A stretch of DNA of 64,000 bases from Lentimicrobiaceae bacterium. GTDB lineage: Bacteria > Bacteroidota > Bacteroidia > Bacteroidales > JAAYJT01. Below are positions 58,570 through 64,000 of the stretch, in pieces (position 1 is the first letter of the stretch; each line of letters starts with the position of its first letter). A model generated the notes under the pieces. It worked only from the letters and a program-made list of their open reading frames with translations, searched no databases and was not told where the DNA came from. The position numbers and the translations under genes were made by a program. The DNA lies in NCBI GenBank assembly GCA_037446395.1, contig JBBIIP010000012.1:9633-73632 (forward strand). The letters run 5' to 3'.

Positions 58570-59343
58570 TTAGATGAATAAATTTTTAATGCTAATTATT
58601 CCGCTCAGGTCTGCGGCGGTTACAAGAATAAATACCACAATTACCCAACGAACAAACCTTGCTCCTTGTTTCACTGCCATGCGGGCAGCAATTAACGCTC
58701 CAAAAATATTACCAATGGCATGAATCAATCCGAAAGTCCAATCTAGTTGTCCGTTCATAAAAAAAACAATCATGGCAAATGGTGTGTAAAGCATCACGAT
58801 CCACACTTTGATGGCGTTGGCTTTTATCAGGTCGTACCCGGCGCCCAATACGATGGCCGCCAGCAAAAAATACCCCACGCCTGCTTGTATAAATCCACCG
58901 TAAAGTCCAATTCCGAAAAACACCAGCATCTGTATCCATCCCGATCGTTTTATTTCGCCCCCTTCTTTGCCCTTAATCCATTGTGCCGGTTTGATAAACA
59001 TCATCCCCAGAATTGCAATCAATAGCAACGCAATGACCTTTTTAAAAACCTGTTCGTTAATGTCAATAGCCAGCTGAGCGCCCAGAATTGATCCTACCAC
59101 TGCTGGCAATGCCAATCGGGTTCCTTCTTTGATGTTTAATACCTTTTGATGCCTGAAAGACCCTGAAGATGCAAGCGTTTGAAACAGCACAGCAATTCTT
59201 GTGGTGCCATTGGCAACCTGGGGCGGAAGACCAAGAAACATGAAGACCGATAGCGAAATTACCGACCCTCCGCCTGCCATCGTATTTATAAAGCCTGCCA
59301 GTATTCCTGAAACAACTAAAAGTATAACTTGCACCGTGGTCAT
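58570..59343 (-). CDS. Sulfite exporter TauE/SafE-family membrane protein
   Basis: 257 aa with about 8 TM helices and internal duplication. Gly-rich helices are typical of TauE. Confidence 0.7.
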   Translation of the reverse strand: MTTVQVILLVVSGILAGFINTMAGGGSVISLSVFMFLGLPPQVANGTTRIAVLFQTLASSGSFRHQKVLNIKEGTRLALPAVVGSILGAQLAIDINEQVFKKVIALLLIAILGMMFIKPAQWIKGKEGGEIKRSGWIQMLVFFGIGLYGGFIQAGVGYFLLAAIVLGAGYDLIKANAIKVWIVMLYTPFAMIVFFMNGQLDWTFGLIHAIGNIFGALIAARMAVKQGARFVRWVIVVFILVTAADLSGIISIKNLFI

Positions 59344-59347
59344 AGCG

Positions 59348-61306
59348 CTAAGAATTAGATTGGTGGTTAACTTTTCTTCCGAATATTAAAATTATCCCTG
59401 TGAGCAGAAGCAGTGATAGCGGATAAAGAACATAGCCAGGAGCGCCAAAAGCTGCAGGAATGGTTCCAACCACAATGGCTACTGCGCCAACCGCCAGGGC
59501 GTAGGGCATCTGGGTACGGACGTGTTCAATATGATTGCATGAACTGGCTAGCGAGCTGAGTATGGTTGTGTCGCTGATGGGTGAAATGTGGTCGCCCATG
59601 ACCGAGCCCGCCAGCACACAAGAAACTACGTTGTGGAAAATAGACATGGATGTGTCGTAGCCAAGCCCGTTGGCTTGCCCTATTAACCATGTTGCGGGCA
59701 GGATGAGCGGGTAAAGAATTGCCATGGTTCCCCACGAAGATCCTGTAGAAAAAGATACCCCGGCTGCGAATAAAAATGTAATGGCCGGGATCATATACGG
59801 GCTCACCTGGAGTTTAAGCAGGATGTGCGAAATAAAATCTGCAGTATGCAGGTGCTGCGTAATAAGGGCAATGGCCCATGCCATGATTAATATTACAATG
59901 GCTGTAAGCATGGTGCGAAAACCGTCAATCAGGCTTTCAACGCTTTCTTTCAATCCCATCAGTCGTTGGCTCACTGTGAGCAGGAGCGCTACGAGTGTGG
60001 CTGCGAGCGACGACCACAGGAGTGCGCGATAAGTATCGGCCTGTCCGATTACATGTGAAAGGTTGTAGGAAAATGACAATTCGCTGTTCCAGGTGGTTGC
60101 TTTTAGCCCTGTTACGATAAGGCCTGTGATGGTCCCTGCAACTACAATAAAAACGGGAATGGCGGCATTATACCAGCGGGCAGGTGTATTATCGGATGCA
60201 ACTGTGTGAAAAGTATCGTTCTTCACTGCCTCGGGATCAACCAACCTGGTTTTTCGTTCTGCTTTTAGCATTGGGCCAAAATCGCGCTTCAGATAAATGA
60301 TTATGCCTAAAAAAGCCAGGGTTAAAAACGGATAATAGGCATATTTTAGCGAGTACATAAATACCTGGTACGGGCTTTCGTTTAGGTTTAATGTGCGGAT
60401 GCCATCTGAAATATATGAGAGTTGTGCGCCAATCCAGGTGGTGATAAAGGCCACCGCAGCAACTGGGGCGGCTGTGGAGTCTACAAGATAGGCCAGTTTT
60501 TCGCGGCTTATTTTCAGCTTGTCGGTCATAGGCCGCATGGTGTTGCCAACCACCAGGGTATTGGCATAATCATCAAAAAAAATCGCAATCCCCATAAGCC
60601 AGGTTACGAATTGCCCGGAACGTGCTGTGGTGGCAAAACGCGACAGTTGGTTAACAACTCCTTTCATTCCCCCGTTGCGGGTAATAAGGTTTACCATCGC
60701 CCCAATCATCATCGAAAAGATGATAATAGATATATGACCTCGGTCTAAAATCGCTTCCGGAATATACGTATCAATGATTGTGGCAACCCCATTCACAATG
60801 GCATTAAAAAAGCCTGCTCCGCGAAACCACCAGATGATAAATGTGCCTGTAAATAATCCGATGAACAAAGCAGATATCACCTCTCGGAAAATCAGCGCCA
60901 TTGCAATGGCCAGCAACGGAGGAAGCACCGACATCCATAAGGGAATTGGGTTTACAGTGCGGCTCGCACTTAGGGTGCCCATTTGCACATGCAGTTCTTC
61001 CTTGGTTTTAAAAGTGTAAGGAAATTCGGCCAAACCCTGATTGAATGCCAGTATCCGTTTTTGTCCATTCACCGTGATTTCAATCAAGGAATCTTTATCG
61101 AAAAAAATGCTGTCGGCAGCCAAAATAAGTTGAATCTTCGATTCTACGTGCTGCACAATGATATCCGGTGTATTTATGCTAATTGAGGAATGTGAATATC
61201 CCGGCTGTCCGGAAGCCGGTGTGTCCTGAGAAAAACCAACAGCAGATGCAAGCATCGAAAACCCCAGGACAAATAACCTTAACTTTAAATGCATAAATCC
61301 GGCCAT
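59348..61306 (-). CDS. nhaC: NhaC-family Na+/H+ antiporter-like transporter with an extra N-terminal exported domain
   Basis: About 650 aa. Signal-like MHLKLRLFVLGFSMLASAVGFSQ, then a hydrophilic segment of about 100 aa, then a polytopic core with STGSSWGT. The start is uncertain: ATG at 61306 or 61294, or TTG at 61321. Confidence 0.7.
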   Translation of the reverse strand: MAGFMHLKLRLFVLGFSMLASAVGFSQDTPASGQPGYSHSSISINTPDIIVQHVESKIQLILAADSIFFDKDSLIEITVNGQKRILAFNQGLAEFPYTFKTKEELHVQMGTLSASRTVNPIPLWMSVLPPLLAIAMALIFREVISALFIGLFTGTFIIWWFRGAGFFNAIVNGVATIIDTYIPEAILDRGHISIIIFSMMIGAMVNLITRNGGMKGVVNQLSRFATTARSGQFVTWLMGIAIFFDDYANTLVVGNTMRPMTDKLKISREKLAYLVDSTAAPVAAVAFITTWIGAQLSYISDGIRTLNLNESPYQVFMYSLKYAYYPFLTLAFLGIIIYLKRDFGPMLKAERKTRLVDPEAVKNDTFHTVASDNTPARWYNAAIPVFIVVAGTITGLIVTGLKATTWNSELSFSYNLSHVIGQADTYRALLWSSLAATLVALLLTVSQRLMGLKESVESLIDGFRTMLTAIVILIMAWAIALITQHLHTADFISHILLKLQVSPYMIPAITFLFAAGVSFSTGSSWGTMAILYPLILPATWLIGQANGLGYDTSMSIFHNVVSCVLAGSVMGDHISPISDTTILSSLASSCNHIEHVRTQMPYALAVGAVAIVVGTIPAAFGAPGYVLYPLSLLLLTGIILIFGRKVNHQSNS

Positions 61307-61447
61307 GACTAAAACCGGCAACCTACCGGGTTAGAAAATTGGCGTAAATATACACATAGTCGTTGATTTGGTCGGGATATTTACTGCAACTCACAGCAAC
61401 ACGGGATCAAAATGCCATTGCATCACTGTCCGAAACATTAAAATGTT

Positions 61448-61455
61448 TACCTTTG
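61448..61455 (+). promoter_or_regulatory. Putative -7 box (TAnnTTTG) for the 61475 gene
   Basis: TACCTTTG, ending 19 nt upstream of the ATG at 61475. Confidence 0.35.
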
Positions 61456-61474
61456 TGGTTCGTTCAAGTCATAT

Positions 61475-61933
61475 ATGAAGGAGGCAGATAGATATAACTT
61501 ACCTGGCCTTTGGCCATGGGCAGCACTGCTTGCAATAATGCTTGCGGCATTCGTTGCCTGCAATGGTGATGATGAGGATGAAATTCCTTATGCCATTGTT
61601 AACTTCAACATCAATCCTAATTCGACTCAGTATTGGGAGTTGAACACCCCCGGAGGCTGGATATATCTGATCGGAAATGCTCCCAGCCGCGGAATCATTG
61701 TTTATCGTGCTAATGCCAACGATTTTATGGCATTTGAACGCACCTGCCCTTATGACCCTGGTGTGCCTAATGCAAGAGTTGCTGTAGAATCATCGTCAAT
61801 TACGGCTCGTTGCCCTGAATGTAGCTCAAAGTTTATTTTGCTTGACGGCAGCCCTTTTGCAGGTCCTGCCCGGCGCCCCCTGAGGCAATATCGCACCAGC
61901 TACAACGGTGCTACGCTTCACATTTATAATTAG
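61475..61933 (+). CDS. Small lipoprotein with a Rieske-fold-like domain lacking the canonical His ligands
   Basis: 152 aa. Lipobox AAFVAC. GIIVYRANANDFMAFERTCPYD...ITARCPECSSKFILLDGSPFAGPARRPLRQY follows the Rieske template, but with CxY...CxxC in place of CxH...CxxH. Confidence 0.45.
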   Translation: MKEADRYNLPGLWPWAALLAIMLAAFVACNGDDEDEIPYAIVNFNINPNSTQYWELNTPGGWIYLIGNAPSRGIIVYRANANDFMAFERTCPYDPGVPNARVAVESSSITARCPECSSKFILLDGSPFAGPARRPLRQYRTSYNGATLHIYN

Positions 61934-62085
61934 GAACTTTTTTTGCGGGCTGTTTTCAATCAAATCCCCGATCGGGATCATTGTTATTCAGTAGTAAACT
62001 GGCATGCGTTTTACTGCCCGATCCAAACAAGCCAGTGGTGGGTAAGCCAATAGATCAGAAGATTTTTGTCAGGGCTTGCCCCCGG

Positions 62086-63507
62086 TTAGTAACGATAATG
62101 ATCGGGTTTGAATGGCCCGCTGTGAGGCACACTAATGTATTGTGCCTGTTCCTCGGTGAGCCGGGTGAGCTTTACGCCCAGGTGTTCGAGATGTAAGCGC
62201 GCTACCTCTTCGTCGAGATGTTTGGGCAGGCGGTATACATCAATCGGCCGTGAGGTTTGCCATAAATCAAGTTGTGCGAGCATTTGGTTGGTAAACGAAT
62301 TGCTCATTACAAACGACGGATGACCAGTGGCACAACCCAGGTTCACCAGGCGCCCTTCGGCAAGAAGATATATTGAGTGACCTTGCGGGAAAGTGTATTT
62401 GTCAACTTGTGGTTTAATAGTAAGCTTTTCGATGCCGGGATAATCAGCGAGTTTTTCTACCTGAATCTCGTTATCAAAATGGCCAATATTGCATACGATA
62501 CTCTGATCTTTCATGTTTGCCATATGCTCAACAGTGATCACGTTGCAGTTTCCGGTTGCTGTTACATAAATATTTCCTTCATCCAGAACATCCTCCACGG
62601 TTTTAACTTCAAAACCCTCCATTGCGGCCTGCAGTGCACAGATGGGGTCAATTTCAGTAACAACCACCCTGGCGCCATAAGCTCTCATTGATTTGGCGCA
62701 CCCCTTTCCAACATCTCCATAGCCACACACAACCACCACTTTGCCGGCAATCATCACATCGGTAGCCCGCTTGAGCCCGTCGGCCAATGATTCGCGGCAT
62801 CCGTAAAGGTTATCGAATTTCGATTTGGTCACTGAGTCATTCACATTGATGGCAGGGAACAATAGTTTTCCGTAATCTTTCATTTGATAGAGGCGATGAA
62901 CGCCCGTAGTGGTTTCTTCCGACACACCACGGCAATCTTTTGCCAAATCATGCCACTTTTTATTGTTTTCGACGAAAGCTTCTTTAAGCTGTTTTAGTAT
63001 GGCCGCTTCTTCGGCATTCGACGGTTGTACATTCAACAGGGATGAATCATTTTCGATTTCAAACCCTTTGTGTATCATCAGGGTGGCGTCCCCTCCGTCA
63101 TCCACAAGCATATGAGGCCCCTTGCCATTGGCAAACGAAAGGGCTTGCAGGGTACACCACCAGTATTCATCCAAGGTTTCGCCCTTCCATGCAAATACTG
63201 GAATGCCTTTGGCAGCGATGGCTGCAGCGGCATGGTCCTGGGTTGAAAAAATATTGCAACTTGCCCAGCGAACATCAGCACCAAGTTCAACCAGTGTTTC
63301 GATGAGCACAGCGGTTTGAATGGTCATGTGCAAAGAGCCGGTAATTCGTGCCCCTTTCAAGGGCTTTTGGGTGCTAAATTTTCGCCTGATGGCCATCAGT
63401 CCGGGCATTTCTTTTTCGGCAATGTCAATTTCTTTTCTGCCCCAATCGGCCAATGTGATATCTTTGACCTTGTAATCGGTTCTGGTGTTCAAAGCGGTGT
63501 AAACCAT
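62086..63507 (-). CDS. ahcY: Adenosylhomocysteinase
   Basis: About 473 aa. Motifs [29 protein letters not shown] and GHFDNEI. Start trimmed from 63573 to 63507 (MVYTALNTR) by homologue N-termini and the -7 box position. Confidence 0.95.
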   Translation of the reverse strand: MVYTALNTRTDYKVKDITLADWGRKEIDIAEKEMPGLMAIRRKFSTQKPLKGARITGSLHMTIQTAVLIETLVELGADVRWASCNIFSTQDHAAAAIAAKGIPVFAWKGETLDEYWWCTLQALSFANGKGPHMLVDDGGDATLMIHKGFEIENDSSLLNVQPSNAEEAAILKQLKEAFVENNKKWHDLAKDCRGVSEETTTGVHRLYQMKDYGKLLFPAINVNDSVTKSKFDNLYGCRESLADGLKRATDVMIAGKVVVVCGYGDVGKGCAKSMRAYGARVVVTEIDPICALQAAMEGFEVKTVEDVLDEGNIYVTATGNCNVITVEHMANMKDQSIVCNIGHFDNEIQVEKLADYPGIEKLTIKPQVDKYTFPQGHSIYLLAEGRLVNLGCATGHPSFVMSNSFTNQMLAQLDLWQTSRPIDVYRLPKHLDEEVARLHLEHLGVKLTRLTEEQAQYISVPHSGPFKPDHYRY

Positions 63508-63543
63508 GTTACAAACGTGTTGATTAGCAAGTAATAATTTCTG

Positions 63544-63551
63544 CAAAATTA
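63544..63551 (-). promoter_or_regulatory. Putative -7 box (TAnnTTTG) for ahcY
   Basis: Minus-strand TAATTTTG, ending 36 nt upstream of the ATG at 63507. It lies inside the longer track ORF. Confidence 0.4.
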
Positions 63552-63781
63552 CGGTATTTAGCGTTTGCCTCAACCAACTGCGGCCTTCTGAATTTAAAAA
63601 TCAAGCAGTTTGTACATAGAACCATTTTCTAAAAAGAAATGCCATGAATGAATATAATTACGTCATTTTCATATAAGTGTTTAATTTAGCGTAACAGAAG
63701 GCCGGTTAGAAAGAAGAAGCAGGTTTCGACCAAAATAGAGTTGTTAATTTAGCGATATCAATAACGAAATCCTCTTAATTG

Positions 63782-64000
63782 ATGAGTAGCGGCAAGCATT
63801 ATCTAAAAGTTCTTATGGTGGATGCTACCTCGGGTTTTTACCAGATGAAGCGATACAGTATCGGTGATTTCTTCGGACCTGTTGACCTGGGCATACACCT
63901 TTCGCACAAGTACAACAGCCTCAATATCGGAACAGGTTTGTTGGCCGGAAGCATTTTCCCCGGTTCAAACCGGTTGTTTTTTACCGGCATTTCTCCTTGC
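63782..64000 (+). CDS. Aldehyde:ferredoxin oxidoreductase (AOR)-like protein, N-terminal fragment; runs off the right edge
   Basis: Hand translation gives MSSGKHYLKVLMVDATSGFYQMKRYSIGDFFGPVDLGIHLSHKYNSLNIGTGLLAGSIFPGSNRLFFTGISPC, open to the window end. The pattern resembles the AOR N-terminal domain (L.V.L..G......GG..L......L....GPL.G...PG..R......SPL). Confidence 0.4.
   Translation, partial: MSSGKHYLKVLMVDATSGFYQMKRYSIGDFFGPVDLGIHLSHKYNSLNIGTGLLAGSIFPGSNRLFFTGISPC

Noticed and set aside
61964-61978. Near-palindrome ATCCCCGATCGGGAT (core CCCGATCGGG) between the convergent 61475 gene and ahcY, considered as a terminator.
   Set aside because: It has essentially no loop (GATC centre) and no flanking T tract on either strand. 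It may be a restriction/methylation-type palindrome by chance.
63508-63581. Possible SAH riboswitch or other leader upstream of ahcY.
   Set aside because: An exact -7 box at 63544-63551 leaves a leader of only about 30 nt. That is too short for an SAH riboswitch, and no conserved pseudoknot-like pairing is seen.

Overview
The window is a gene-dense chromosomal segment, and it looks like a Bacteroidota genome. Support for that assignment: gliding/T9SS-associated genes (gldH, plus a cargo protein with a T9SS C-terminal sorting domain), rpoN, a Bacteroides-type serine palmitoyltransferase-like gene, and 13 exact TAnnTTTG '-7' promoter boxes 5-45 nt upstream of start codons. An AOR-like gene, a membrane Fe-S oxidoreductase, tryptophanase and a menaquinone operon suggest an anaerobic or facultative Bacteroidia-like organism.

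I call 51 protein-coding genes (two truncated by the window edges) and one tRNA-Phe(GAA). I see no rRNA, CRISPR array, transposase, integrase, phage gene, or recognisable defence or toxin-antitoxin module.

Main blocks:
- Envelope and replication housekeeping: holB-PSP1-gldH-mrcA, rpoN and asnS.
- Lipid long-chain-base pair: an alpha-oxoamine synthase followed by an SDR.
- DAHP synthase/chorismate mutase followed by two large uncharacterised polytopic membrane proteins, then tnaA.
- rlmN.
- Exported peptide-processing trio: an M49-like lipoprotein, an S46 dipeptidyl-peptidase, and a PPAD-like deiminase with a T9SS tail.
- elbB, an SRAP peptidase and a LuxE/PaaK-like enzyme.
- mrdA-rodA.
- coaX-OMP-TPR-lptC-CNNM-ppiD envelope array.
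- ileS-dksA-lspA.
- A LiaF-like / LytS-type kinase / LytTR regulator module.
- A complete menaquinone operon (menI-menF-menD-menB-menA plus a fused menC-menE).
- lnt, hflX, isoaspartyl peptidase, a TauE exporter, an NhaC-type transporter and ahcY.

I do not see a clear-cut novel 'system' such as a defence island. The best candidates for undescribed biology are:
1. The tightly coupled AOS+SDR pair, which could make a sphingolipid or a sulfonolipid base.
2. The tandem GT-C-like membrane proteins, apparently co-transcribed with aromatic amino-acid biosynthesis.
3. The PPAD-like T9SS cargo enzyme beside exported peptidases.
4. The MenC-MenE fusion.
5. The LiaF-like/LytS/LytTR three-gene sensor.
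6. A Rieske-fold-like lipoprotein with altered ligand residues.

All functional calls rest on motif and family recognition by eye. No database search was possible.
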